A stretch of DNA of 64,000 nt from IMG/VR virus record IMGVR_UViG_3300035670_000045, positions 1-64,000 of that record, one strand, 5' to 3'. The notes under the pieces were generated by a model. That model had not been told where the DNA came from. It did no database searches and saw only the letters and a list, made by a program, of their open reading frames with translations. Each line of letters begins with the position of its first letter. Positions within the stretch are counted from its first letter, which is position 1. The translations under genes were made by a program, and so were the position numbers. This document shows, one piece after another, positions 1 through 8,821 of the stretch. The stretch comes from a virus.

Positions 1-1100
1 GCAGATTTGGACGCGTCCGGCTTCATGCCCCCGAGGGAGAAGAGCTCCTCCTGCCGGTCGTACGGGGTAGGCGCGAAGATGCGCGGCAGGTTGAGCGGGT
101 GAAACACCGGGGGCTCGTTGGCGCTTGCCGACTCGAGGTACTTCGGATCCAGCGGGGTGTTCGTGAACCCCAGGATGACCAGACCGCCGCGTTTCCCAGT
201 GGCTGGGTCCTTGAGCTGCTTCATCTTGAGGTTGACGTCGAAGATGTCCGAACGGCGCGGCTTGCTGCAGTGCTTGCACTCGATCTCTTCCTGGAGGAAG
301 CCGACGTGGTCGCATTCCGCGCACTTCACTTCCTTCATGGACATGTCGAAGACCTCGTCCTGCGTCATCGTCGTGTTCTCGGGGTCGATGAGCGTGACGC
401 CGCACCCTCCGCACACCCACACGAGAGTGGAGATCGAGCCCTCCCCTCCCTTGCATGCGTCACAGGCGGTGCTGATCTGCTGGTTCGCTTCCTGGAGCAA
501 CTGGTGCTCGCGGTAGCCGAACACCATGGCGCCGAGGTAGTAGTCCCGGGTTTCGAGCCCGCGGTGCTCACCCCGCAAGAGCTGGCTGTCCGTCCGTTTC
601 CACGTGTAGTACGGCTCGTTGGTGTTGGGGTTGACCCGTTCCCTCCCGGCCTCGTCGACGTCCGGCACCTTGGCGTAAGGGTGGAGGTGGAGCGCGGTGT
701 ACGCGAACTTGTTCTGACGCCCCATGGACTCACGGTCCGCCCAGTGCTGGTCGCACCCGAGGCAGGGGTCGCGGCGGTTCTTCAGGTGTGCGAACGGCCC
801 GGCGCTGCAGATGGCGCTCCGGAACTGCCCGCCTCGACGCGTGCCGTGCTCCGTGTAGGGGTAGAACGAGAGGGTCTCGGTGACGACCTCTTCCCCCTTC
901 GCCACCTGCACGGGGTATGCGGCCCGGAACAACCGGATGACGTCCGCGGGGGCAGCCGAGCTGTCCGTGAGGCGGATGATGGACTTCCAGGGGGGAGCTC
1001 CACCCTTACCCTCGCCCCTCGGCGGACGTTGGATGGCGCGCTGCTGCTCACGGTACGAAGGGATGGCTGCGAGGGTCTGCTTGCTTTTTCCGTACGACAT
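1..1100 (-). CDS. Zn-ribbon-rich protein, possible ssDNA-binding protein (3' end runs off the window; absent from the ORF track)
   Basis: ATG at 1100 with AGGA upstream, and the frame is open to base 1. Manual translation MSYGKSKQTLAAIPSYREQQ... contains the CxxC pairs CLGC, CDAC, CGGC, CAEC and CKHC. It follows primase in the replication operon. The SSB call is an inference from position and a His/Cys-rich N-half. Confidence 0.6.
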   Translation of the reverse strand, partial: MSYGKSKQTLAAIPSYREQQRAIQRPPRGEGKGGAPPWKSIIRLTDSSAAPADVIRLFRAAYPVQVAKGEEVVTETLSFYPYTEHGTRRGGQFRSAICSAGPFAHLKNRRDPCLGCDQHWADRESMGRQNKFAYTALHLHPYAKVPDVDEAGRERVNPNTNEPYYTWKRTDSQLLRGEHRGLETRDYYLGAMVFGYREHQLLQEANQQISTACDACKGGEGSISTLVWVCGGCGVTLIDPENTTMTQDEVFDMSMKEVKCAECDHVGFLQEEIECKHCSKPRRSDIFDVNLKMKQLKDPATGKRGGLVILGFTNTPLDPKYLESASANEPPVFHPLNLPRIFAPTPYDRQEELFSLGGMKPDASKS

Positions 1101-1108
1101 TGGTGTTC

Positions 1109-2077
1109 CTATCTATTGAATTTCCACGTGAGAAATGACTGTGCGTTCTGTACTGCGGTAACTACCTGAGACTCGTCCAAGTCACTGGGTTGCTCACCAT
1201 CGTAGTCCTGTGCGACCGCAACTTCCAGGTACTTCAGAAGCTCTGAACCTACAACCTCCGTACCCTTCTTTCCCGCCTCGTTTCTGTCCAGCATCAGCAC
1301 CACGGGGGCCCCGATGCGCTGGAGGATCCACAGCTGGTCTGCGGTCATCCTGCAGCCCAGGAGTGCCACCACGTTCTCGTACCCGCTGTCCCACACCCGC
1401 ATGCAGGCTTTGAACCCCTCGACAACGACCAGCGGCGTGTCCAGTGGGCCAAAGCACGCCGCGGGGTAGACGCGGTCTGCGTTCCACAGGATGGCGCCCT
1501 TTGGTACGTGCACCCCTGGAGGGATGCCGAACTCGGCGTACTCGTGGGTGTACACCTTGTACCTCGGCGTCTCGTCCACCACCGTTCGGCCGCTGATACC
1601 CACCAGGCACCCCGTGAGGTCTCTGAGCGGGAACGTGATACGGGCGTGCTTCTGATCGAAGCCGATCCCGAATCGCTGCAGCGTGCGCTCCGAGAAGTGG
1701 TCATCCTCGACGAGTGTCTCGGGGCACATGTCGAACTCCCCGAGGATGCGCTCCGGAATAGTGTCCTCCACCCGGACTACGGCGCCCGGGCGTAGGGGGT
1801 CGTACTTGGCGGGGTCGGAGCTTGACTTCCGCGCCTCGGTCAACTCCTCCTGGAACAAGTCGGGGTTGAGTCGAAGGCGTGTGATGAGCTGGTAGAGGTT
1901 CCCCTTCTCGTTGCAGGAGAAGCAGTTCCACACGCCCTTGGTCACAGAGAACGAGAACGGAGGCGTCTTGACTGGGCCCGTTCCTTGGTGGAACGGACAC
2001 CTGGTCAGTACGTTCTCCGACCCACACCCCTTCACGTCGCCGAGATGCTTGTTCGCGAACTCGAGGAGGCTGCTCAT
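1109..2077 (-). CDS. dnaG: DNA primase (DnaG-like, CHC2 zinc finger + TOPRIM)
   Basis: CPFH...CFSC zinc finger; RITFPLRD...GISGR; TOPRIM motifs VVEG and MLDRNEAG; 4-nt overlap with the helicase gene. Confidence 0.9.
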   Translation of the reverse strand: MSSLLEFANKHLGDVKGCGSENVLTRCPFHQGTGPVKTPPFSFSVTKGVWNCFSCNEKGNLYQLITRLRLNPDLFQEELTEARKSSSDPAKYDPLRPGAVVRVEDTIPERILGEFDMCPETLVEDDHFSERTLQRFGIGFDQKHARITFPLRDLTGCLVGISGRTVVDETPRYKVYTHEYAEFGIPPGVHVPKGAILWNADRVYPAACFGPLDTPLVVVEGFKACMRVWDSGYENVVALLGCRMTADQLWILQRIGAPVVLMLDRNEAGKKGTEVVGSELLKYLEVAVAQDYDGEQPSDLDESQVVTAVQNAQSFLTWKFNR

Positions 2078-4533
2078 TTCCCGCCAACCAGTCCGAGTGC
2101 GATCTGCTGGATCTTGCTCGAGGCGCTGAGCTCCGTGGGCTTTCCGTCCTTGCCCTTCTCCTTCTTCTTCTTGGCCTTCTCGGACTCGTCATCGTCCGTG
2201 GCTTTCACGTTCTGCGCCTCCTTGTCGTCCAGTATCTTCTGGAACGAGAAGTCCGTGGAGGGCTCCGCGAAGATGCGGAATCCCGAGATGTTCCACTCTC
2301 GAGCTCCGGCCACTACGAGGGAGCACGTGTGCTTCCCAGTGTCGGGGTCGAGCACCTTGTCCTTGATCGTACGGATGGCGGCAGTGCAGTCCTGGGATAC
2401 GGCGTCCGACATCGCAATCTCGTCCATCTCCCCCTTCTCGTGCTTCGCGGCTTGCCGGTTCGCCTGGAGCGTACAGAACAGCGGGACTTTCGTGTCGAGG
2501 ATCATTTGCCTCGCCGCGCGTGACACGTTCTCGAGCCGTTCGTTCGTCTTCACGAGCTTCGAGTTCTCCGGGGTCATCAGGTACATGCCGTCGATGAACG
2601 CCACCTTCGGCTTGTACTTCTCCACCTTGCTGCGGAACCAGGAAATGGTGTCCCTGCCCGGCATGTCCTTGCCGGATAGCACCCAGAGGAGGTTGTCTTT
2701 CTCCCGCTTCCTCAGCATCTCGATGAAGTAGGCTATGTCCTTTCGGAACTTGGCCTCCATGATGGGATCGAGGCCACCGAGACGTACTGGCCCGTAGGGC
2801 ATCTCCGTGGCGATGCTCGCCAAGCGCTGGAACACGTTGTCTCGAGTCATCTCCTTCGTGTAGATGACCGTGGGCACCTGTTGCTCGAACACGCATGCGG
2901 ACGCCTGCTTCAGCAAGCACCACGTGTTGTGTGTGACGATGAAGTCGTCGGTGACGTAGAGGTGATCCGGAGCATCCACCGCGATGCACAGGCATTCCTC
3001 TTCCCCGTCCGGTTCGATGCTGATGATCTGCCGGTGCCGGGACTTCTCCGTGTCCTTCTCGGGCCGCAACTTGTCCAACCGTGAACGGATCGACACCGCA
3101 ACTGTACCGTCGAAGAAGCGGATGCTGGCGAGGTAGGATGGGTGACCCGCCAACTGCTTGCCCTTGTAGGTGTACACGGGGGCTTCCGTAACCCCAGTCG
3201 TAACGAGTGCACCCAACGAGCGGGCGATTTCCACCACCCCGTCGCGGAGCTGAACACTCGCGGAACTAAACTCGTACTTCAGACCGTCCGGATTCACGGT
3301 GCCGCCTGTATCGAGAAGTCCTCGGAGCAACTCCAGTCGGTCCTCGATGCTCGCCAGGAAATACTCACGAGGAATGAACTTCGTGAGCGCGCGGGTACCC
3401 AAAAGTCCGAGGCCTTCGATCGTGTGCTTGATGCCGGAGATGCGCATGGACGGGCAGTTCAGGGCCGTCGTGGATACGCGTGTGTGGCACCCAGGGGGGA
3501 GCCGGTCCTGTACCTTCTCGAAGAGGTCCATGTCCGGTTTGCTGATGGTGGTGTGTTTCCCCAAGTGACCATCGCCTAGGAGTGCGCCGAGCACATAGGG
3601 GTCGAGCGGGAGTTTTTCCCGCGGAGCGAAGTGCACGGGTTTCACGGTGGGAATGCTGTGGTTCGCACGGCCGCCTTCCCCTTTCAGTGTGCCGATCATC
3701 TCGCTCGTGATCTTCACGCTCCCAGGGCTCCCACGCCTTCGTTCGTTTCTAGTCTGCGTGAACCACAGGTGGTCCCCGCAGCATCGAGTAGACCCACCGT
3801 CGTTCATCGTGACCTTGAACATCGGGAGCTTACCCTGCGGGTAGACGCCTAGCACACGGGTAGGCATCCCGTTGGATCCGATGACGAGATCGCCCACCTT
3901 CACGTCTCCGTTTCTGATCCACCCAGAGGGCGTGAGCAGCTTCGCGGAGTTGGCGATCGCTTTCATGTTCTTCGGTCGCCCGTAGAGCACGATGTAGTCG
4001 TCGTCGTAGATGGGGCCGGTGAGTGCCCCGACGTCGTACCACGCCCAGTGACACACACCGGGGTCCAGCCCCTTCTTCCTCTTGTCGTAGATGTCGAGTG
4101 CAGTCGCAAACCCGTCGTGACCCGCCATGTCGTAGTTCTTGGTGTCACCGATGCGGTGGTACGCACCAAGAGCGTCGGAGATGCTGGACACCGCACCTCG
4201 AAGGTCTTTGCCATCCAGTTTCGGGATGGCCTCCGCAAGCGCCATGCGGAATAGAACACGGAGCCGGTTGCTCCTGACCTCGTGACAGAGGTGATCGACG
4301 GTGACGTGCTCGTCGACCTCGGTCCACGGAAGGTTAGGGAACACCTCCTTGGCGAGTGTTGGTCCAAGGACAGAGCCCGAGCTCTCCGCCCGCTGGTACA
4401 CCGACAGGATGCGCTCGTACATGGTCCGCGCCTCAGGGGAAGTGAAGTCCTCCGGGGCGAGTCCGAACTCCAGGACATCCCGCATCTTCCCTGTCTGGAT
4501 GATCTTGCAGACCAGCATCATCTCCGTGTTCAT
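2074..4533 (-). CDS. dnaB: Replicative DnaB-like (SF4) helicase containing an intein
   Basis: P-loop YGRPKNMK/T split by the intein; YTKEM, FIDGMYL, LQANR and SDAVSQD correspond to SF4 motifs H1a-H4; adjacent to primase. Confidence 0.85.
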   Translation of the reverse strand: MNTEMMLVCKIIQTGKMRDVLEFGLAPEDFTSPEARTMYERILSVYQRAESSGSVLGPTLAKEVFPNLPWTEVDEHVTVDHLCHEVRSNRLRVLFRMALAEAIPKLDGKDLRGAVSSISDALGAYHRIGDTKNYDMAGHDGFATALDIYDKRKKGLDPGVCHWAWYDVGALTGPIYDDDYIVLYGRPKNMKAIANSAKLLTPSGWIRNGDVKVGDLVIGSNGMPTRVLGVYPQGKLPMFKVTMNDGGSTRCCGDHLWFTQTRNERRRGSPGSVKITSEMIGTLKGEGGRANHSIPTVKPVHFAPREKLPLDPYVLGALLGDGHLGKHTTISKPDMDLFEKVQDRLPPGCHTRVSTTALNCPSMRISGIKHTIEGLGLLGTRALTKFIPREYFLASIEDRLELLRGLLDTGGTVNPDGLKYEFSSASVQLRDGVVEIARSLGALVTTGVTEAPVYTYKGKQLAGHPSYLASIRFFDGTVAVSIRSRLDKLRPEKDTEKSRHRQIISIEPDGEEECLCIAVDAPDHLYVTDDFIVTHNTWCLLKQASACVFEQQVPTVIYTKEMTRDNVFQRLASIATEMPYGPVRLGGLDPIMEAKFRKDIAYFIEMLRKREKDNLLWVLSGKDMPGRDTISWFRSKVEKYKPKVAFIDGMYLMTPENSKLVKTNERLENVSRAARQMILDTKVPLFCTLQANRQAAKHEKGEMDEIAMSDAVSQDCTAAIRTIKDKVLDPDTGKHTCSLVVAGAREWNISGFRIFAEPSTDFSFQKILDDKEAQNVKATDDDESEKAKKKKEKGKDGKPTELSASSKIQQIALGLVGGK
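2926..3960 (-). mobile_element. Class 3 (Ala-start, WCT) intein, 345 aa, with LAGLIDADG domain, in the helicase P-loop
   Basis: Starts AIANSAKLLTPSGW; block B CGDHLW; block F CLCIAVD; ends IVTHN followed by Thr; endonuclease motifs LGALLGDG and LRGLLDTGG. Confidence 0.9.
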
Positions 4534-4536
4534 GTG

Positions 4537-4833
4537 CTACTTCCGCTCTTGCAAGTACTCGTCGAGGCCGATGGGTGTACGTTGATCGGGAGCTACCAGG
4601 CTTGGGTCCAGTGTAGGGCCTTGGTCCTGGACCAGTGTGAGGAAGTCCCGGGCCATGGCCGCACGGAACGCCTCGAGCTTCTCGTACGTGTCCGGTGACC
4701 ATGCTTGAAGTGTGACGGCGCCGTAGGTGGTCCCCGTTCGGGTACTGACGTATGACGCCGTTGCTTTCAGTGTTCGGCTGCGGAAGTCGATCTCCACGGT
4801 AGCCGGCTGCACCTCATCGAACTTCGTCTTCAT
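4537..4833 (-). CDS. Hypothetical protein
   Basis: 98-aa ORF tightly packed in the operon, with a 4-nt overlap with the upstream gene. Confidence 0.75.
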   Translation of the reverse strand: MKTKFDEVQPATVEIDFRSRTLKATASYVSTRTGTTYGAVTLQAWSPDTYEKLEAFRAAMARDFLTLVQDQGPTLDPSLVAPDQRTPIGLDEYLQERK

Positions 4834-5255
4834 GGGACCTGCACGGGTGCGGGGCGTTGAATGACGTACTTGGTGGTGCGTGCCATCTCCGCGATGTCGG
4901 GTGCGAGCTTCTTCGTGGCAACGGCCATGTCCACGAGGGTGCGGTCGATCGTGTAGACCGTCTTCTCGGTCTTCTTCCCGCCGAGCTCGAGGAACATGTC
5001 CTCTCCCACGATGTCGAGGAGCTTCGTGGGGTCATACCCGAGCTGCGTCGACGTAATCTTGAGCATGCCCCCGTCATCTCCGGTCGTTCGGACGTACTTC
5101 TCGGCGGCTTCGAGCGCCGAGTTGAACTCGGGCATCAGGGCCTCCAGGTCGGCGAAGACGCGCGGGTTAGCCGCACGAAGGTTCGACAGCTTTTGGTAGG
5201 CGTCGACCATGGCTTGAAGTGGCTCGGGCAGGGTGCTCTCGGTGCTGTCGCTCAT
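4830..5255 (-). CDS. Hypothetical protein
   Basis: 141-aa ORF with ATGA-type overlaps on both sides. Confidence 0.75.
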   Translation of the reverse strand: MSDSTESTLPEPLQAMVDAYQKLSNLRAANPRVFADLEALMPEFNSALEAAEKYVRTTGDDGGMLKITSTQLGYDPTKLLDIVGEDMFLELGGKKTEKTVYTIDRTLVDMAVATKKLAPDIAEMARTTKYVIQRPAPVQVP

Positions 5256-6079
5256 ACGTCCAGATCCTCCGCGTCGTCGTACATGGGTTCAGGGGTTTCG
5301 ATCTTGTCGTCCCGGGTCAAGTCCAGGGAGTGGGTGTAGAGGTTGACCGCTTCCCGCACGTGCTCCTTGAGCTGCACAGCGGGGGAAGTTGGGCGGTGGT
5401 CCGCGGTGGCTTTCAGCGCAATCTCCGGCTCGTAGGTCGGGATCATGAGGTAGCTGACCGGCGCAGGCTCGGTGGGGTAGATCATCTGCCCTTGGAACTT
5501 GCGGCCCCATACTTGTCGCTTCTCGGTGACACGGGGCCGAATCCCCGCACCTGGGACGGTGAAGTGCGTGGGGTTACCCACGAGACTCGCGGTCGAAACC
5601 GCCTTCCCCATCAAGCTTTGGATCGCCACATCACCGCACGCGAGTACGATGACTGGATCGACCAGGTACACCTCCTCGAGCAGTCGATCGCTGCACGCTT
5701 TCCGCTGCTCGTGGCTGGGCGGGATGTCTCGGTACATCGGGACGAGGCCGCGCCGAGTGCTCCTCATCTTTTGCTGCCCTGTATCCTCGTCGATGATCGG
5801 GCTGCAGGACCGGCACGCCGTGGTGTACGTGACGTAGATGTGCTCCATCGCGTCGTACGCCCGGATGAGTGCGTAGAGAAACTCTTCCCCGTCGGTGGGG
5901 ATCCCCTCTTCTGTCTTCCACGTCGGACTTCGAAGGACGACAAGGATCTTCCCCTTTGCCCCCGTACCCGCAACCACGGGCTTGCCCTCCGCTGACCGAA
6001 TCTCGCCAAGACTACAGCGCGTGCAGTCCCCCCACTGTTCCCACATTCGGGCGAGGGACTTTCGACCGTCAACGGCCAT
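5252..6079 (-). CDS. Uracil-DNA glycosylase family 4-like protein with degenerate catalytic motifs
   Basis: CTRCSL...VVAGTG N-terminus, C...C...LVDPVIVLACG and IPTY resemble family-4 UDG; the GEAPG and HPS motifs are replaced by LRSPT and YEPE. Confidence 0.65.
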   Translation of the reverse strand: MAVDGRKSLARMWEQWGDCTRCSLGEIRSAEGKPVVAGTGAKGKILVVLRSPTWKTEEGIPTDGEEFLYALIRAYDAMEHIYVTYTTACRSCSPIIDEDTGQQKMRSTRRGLVPMYRDIPPSHEQRKACSDRLLEEVYLVDPVIVLACGDVAIQSLMGKAVSTASLVGNPTHFTVPGAGIRPRVTEKRQVWGRKFQGQMIYPTEPAPVSYLMIPTYEPEIALKATADHRPTSPAVQLKEHVREAVNLYTHSLDLTRDDKIETPEPMYDDAEDLDV

Positions 6080-6082
6080 GTA

Positions 6083-6457
6083 CTACTTCTCCGGGGTTAG
6101 TGGGGCAGTGGTCGGGGGAGTCGTGGCATCCGCCGCTTGCTGCACATGTGCGATGACCTTCGTGTACGCGGCAAAGTCTTCGCTGGACAACGCACGCAAC
6201 GGCAGTACGAAGTCGGTGTATACCGACGTGCTTACTTTGGGGCTCCGCAGGAGGCCGTAGGGGTAGGCCACGGGAACTCGTTGGTGTACCGCACGCGTCC
6301 CAGAGCTGTCCACCACCACGCGGATGTCCACGAGGATGAGCCCGGAAATGTGCACATTTCCGACCACGGGTGCAGTTCGGTCGGTCGGGAGGATGAGGCA
6401 GTGCGGGCCAACACCTCGGACAGAGGCGATGCACCATTCCGCAAGTTCAGTGCTCAT
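6083..6457 (-). CDS. Hypothetical protein
   Basis: 124-aa ORF coupled to the SF2 helicase stop codon. Confidence 0.65.
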   Translation of the reverse strand: MSTELAEWCIASVRGVGPHCLILPTDRTAPVVGNVHISGLILVDIRVVVDSSGTRAVHQRVPVAYPYGLLRSPKVSTSVYTDFVLPLRALSSEDFAAYTKVIAHVQQAADATTPPTTAPLTPEK

Positions 6458-8166
6458 TGGAACTCAGCCCATACGCTTTCTTTGGCTGGGACTCGGGTGA
6501 AGTACTTCACGGGGCCACCGTCCTCTACCTTCCGGTCTCGAAGGTAGCTGCGGAGCTTCTTGCACATGCCACGGACGATCCCGATGTTGTCCTCAAGGAA
6601 CATCGCGACGGGCGGACGCTTTCCTGCGGATGAGCGCAGCGCTCGCCCAAGGATCTGGTAGAGGCCCCCATCCTGAGCGATAGGGTTCAGCACGAGGATG
6701 CTGTCGAGCGACCGCTTGTTGAGCGCCTCTTTCCCGTACCGCATGATGCCGAAGATGACTTTTCGGGTGGCCAGCATTTGCATGCGAGCGGCCAGGGGGA
6801 CATCTGCGATTAGTAGGCCCGCCCGACCGGCCATGTTCCGGGCTATGATCCCCTTGAGGAAGTCTACCTGCCGTTTCTCGTACGCACGCTCAATGGCGAG
6901 GTACGACTCGTGGGCCGCAAACTCGAGCTCCACCTGGGCTAGCGAGAACTGCACTTCTTTTCTCCGCTCAGGTGAGACGGTTTGCAGTAACTGGAACAGC
7001 TTCCCCCGGTTCTTCTTCTGGTGAATGATGCGCCGGGGCGACATCATGCAGGGGGGTGTGGTCAGGTTGAGCTCTTGCGGGGTTGGCCTCGGGATGTCGG
7101 AGAACAGAGTAGTTTCGCCGCTGTACATCCCGTACAGATTGAGGAGCTCCACTTTTGAATGGGACAGCACCAAGATCTCTCGGCCTGCAGCCTCCGCATC
7201 TTTGATCTGCTTCATGGCCAGCTCGAGGCGAGCCTTCTTACGCCCAAGTGCGGCACATAGTAGCCCGTAGTGCAGCTCTTTGGCGGAGTCGATGACCTCC
7301 TTCATCTCTTCCGTGTCGGACAAGTTCAAGGAGACTCCGGTCTCGAGGAACACCACACGGGGCTCGAGCTCGGTCTTCAAGTCCTTGTACAGGATCGGCC
7401 CGAGGAACGACGTGTAGAGCCGCGTTGCGCCGTCGGCCCTCTCTGGGGTGGCCGTCAGCCCGTACCGCCTCCCGGGGAACAACCCGGCGGCGCGGATGTA
7501 CGTGTCCGCTCCGAGGTGGTGCGCCTCCTCGAAGATGACGGTGGAGAACTTGGTCAGAACGTCCGGTGGGAGCTCGTCGGCATACGCGGCCAACGTGGCG
7601 TACGTGGTCAAGACCAGGTTCTTGCTCCACGCGTCCTGCTGCTTGCCGCGGACCACGCCCACCCCGCCGGGGACCTCGAGCCAGCGTTCGATCTCACCCA
7701 CCCACTGACCGAGTAGCTGCGTGTTGTCCACCACGATCAGCGTAGGCCCGCCAATTCGGACGGCTGCCTCCAGCGCAATGATCGTCTTGCCTTTTCCGCA
7801 GCTCAGTTGGAGGATGCCCCCCTCCGACTCGACCAGACGGCTGACCGACTCCTTCTGGTAGCTGAGGTGTGGGTACATGGCGTCGAGTTGGATTTTCGAC
7901 GTGATGCCCGTTACGGCGTACGTCTTTGGGCGCACGTCATAGATCGGGAACATCTCGCGGAAGTCCTCCAAGTTGAAGAATCTACGTGGGACAATGAGGT
8001 GGTCGCTTGTCTCCTTCCACGCGAACACGTAGGTCTCGACCCCCTTGCCACGCTTCAGGGGTACGGTGAGTGCTCGGCGCACACTCTCGACGTTCACCTT
8101 GGACTTCGGCAGCCAAAGGGCGGAGGAGTAGTACCCCACGTCGGGGTTACGGCGAACTACGTGCAT
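6454..8166 (-). CDS. Superfamily 2 helicase (UvsW/XPB-like)
   Basis: CGKGKT, FEEAHH, TATPER and QILGRALR motifs. Start reassigned to ATG 8166, which has an AAAGGA RBS. Confidence 0.85.
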   Translation of the reverse strand: MHVVRRNPDVGYYSSALWLPKSKVNVESVRRALTVPLKRGKGVETYVFAWKETSDHLIVPRRFFNLEDFREMFPIYDVRPKTYAVTGITSKIQLDAMYPHLSYQKESVSRLVESEGGILQLSCGKGKTIIALEAAVRIGGPTLIVVDNTQLLGQWVGEIERWLEVPGGVGVVRGKQQDAWSKNLVLTTYATLAAYADELPPDVLTKFSTVIFEEAHHLGADTYIRAAGLFPGRRYGLTATPERADGATRLYTSFLGPILYKDLKTELEPRVVFLETGVSLNLSDTEEMKEVIDSAKELHYGLLCAALGRKKARLELAMKQIKDAEAAGREILVLSHSKVELLNLYGMYSGETTLFSDIPRPTPQELNLTTPPCMMSPRRIIHQKKNRGKLFQLLQTVSPERRKEVQFSLAQVELEFAAHESYLAIERAYEKRQVDFLKGIIARNMAGRAGLLIADVPLAARMQMLATRKVIFGIMRYGKEALNKRSLDSILVLNPIAQDGGLYQILGRALRSSAGKRPPVAMFLEDNIGIVRGMCKKLRSYLRDRKVEDGGPVKYFTRVPAKESVWAEFQ

Positions 8167-8197
8167 GGTGCATCCTTTACTAGCTAAACAATGGGAG

Positions 8198-8226
8198 GGA
8201 TCGGCCGCCCCGTGGGGCGGCCATCC
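8198..8226 (-). terminator. GC-rich hairpin (GGCCGCCCC/GGGGCGGCC), possible terminator or processing site
   Basis: Inverted repeat immediately after the stop of 8228..8767; the U-tract is weak. Confidence 0.4.
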
Positions 8227-8227
8227 G

Positions 8228-8767
8228 TCAGTGTCGGTCGTCGAACCAGGGGGTGGTGTCGATGATGTGCGCGATGCCGAGCGCCGCACCTTTGAAGGCG
8301 GCTCGAGCTGCCGCGCGTAGCATGAGGGTGTACCAGGGCTCCCCTCCTCCTCGCGGTTCCGGGGTGGATAGGAACGGAGGTACCGGGTAGTTCGCGAAGT
8401 TGCCGGGGGATGCAGAGGTCGGCACGTACACCGTGGCGGGTTGGGACTGTACCGGGCGGGTGAACTCGGCTGAACGGTACGGCTGCGTCTCGGGTCTTCG
8501 TGGCGGGTACAGCGTGGGTGTAGTGGTTGGCTGGGTTCGTAGGGGCACGTGCTCGGGTGCTCGGGGTAGAAGTAACTTCGCGGTCTCGGTGGCTTGGCAA
8601 CGTGCACCACATGCCCGGTAGAACGGGCACTCCGGTCGACGTCGCTCGTTGGTGGTGGGGTCGAGGTACGCGGGATCCAGTCCCCCTCGACACTCTAGGT
8701 CCTGTGTGCTCCACTGCTCGGAGCCGAAACACCCCGGAGTCAGTTTTTCCAGTGCGGGTATGCCCAT
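8228..8767 (-). CDS. Hypothetical Cys-rich/Pro-rich protein, first gene of the leftward operon
   Basis: Start at ATG 8767 with a GGAGG RBS; GCFG...ECRG...CPFYRAC..C Cys cluster. Confidence 0.7.
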   Translation of the reverse strand: MGIPALEKLTPGCFGSEQWSTQDLECRGGLDPAYLDPTTNERRRPECPFYRACGARCQATETAKLLLPRAPEHVPLRTQPTTTPTLYPPRRPETQPYRSAEFTRPVQSQPATVYVPTSASPGNFANYPVPPFLSTPEPRGGGEPWYTLMLRAAARAAFKGAALGIAHIIDTTPWFDDRH

Positions 8768-8796
8768 TGGCCCTCCGGTTCTCTTATGACCTGCGG

Positions 8797-8802
8797 TAGG
8801 AT
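8797..8802 (+). promoter_or_regulatory. Putative -10 element GG-TAGGAT for the rightward head operon
   Basis: Same GGTAGGAT as at 59128-59135; lies in a divergent intergenic region and is followed by a GAGGT RBS. Confidence 0.45.
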
Positions 8803-8821
8803 GTGTTTGCGAGGTACCTGC

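Noticed and set aside
99-1169. 356-aa plus-strand ORF
   Set aside because: Shadow of the minus-strand Zn-ribbon gene, which has an RBS and continues the operon.
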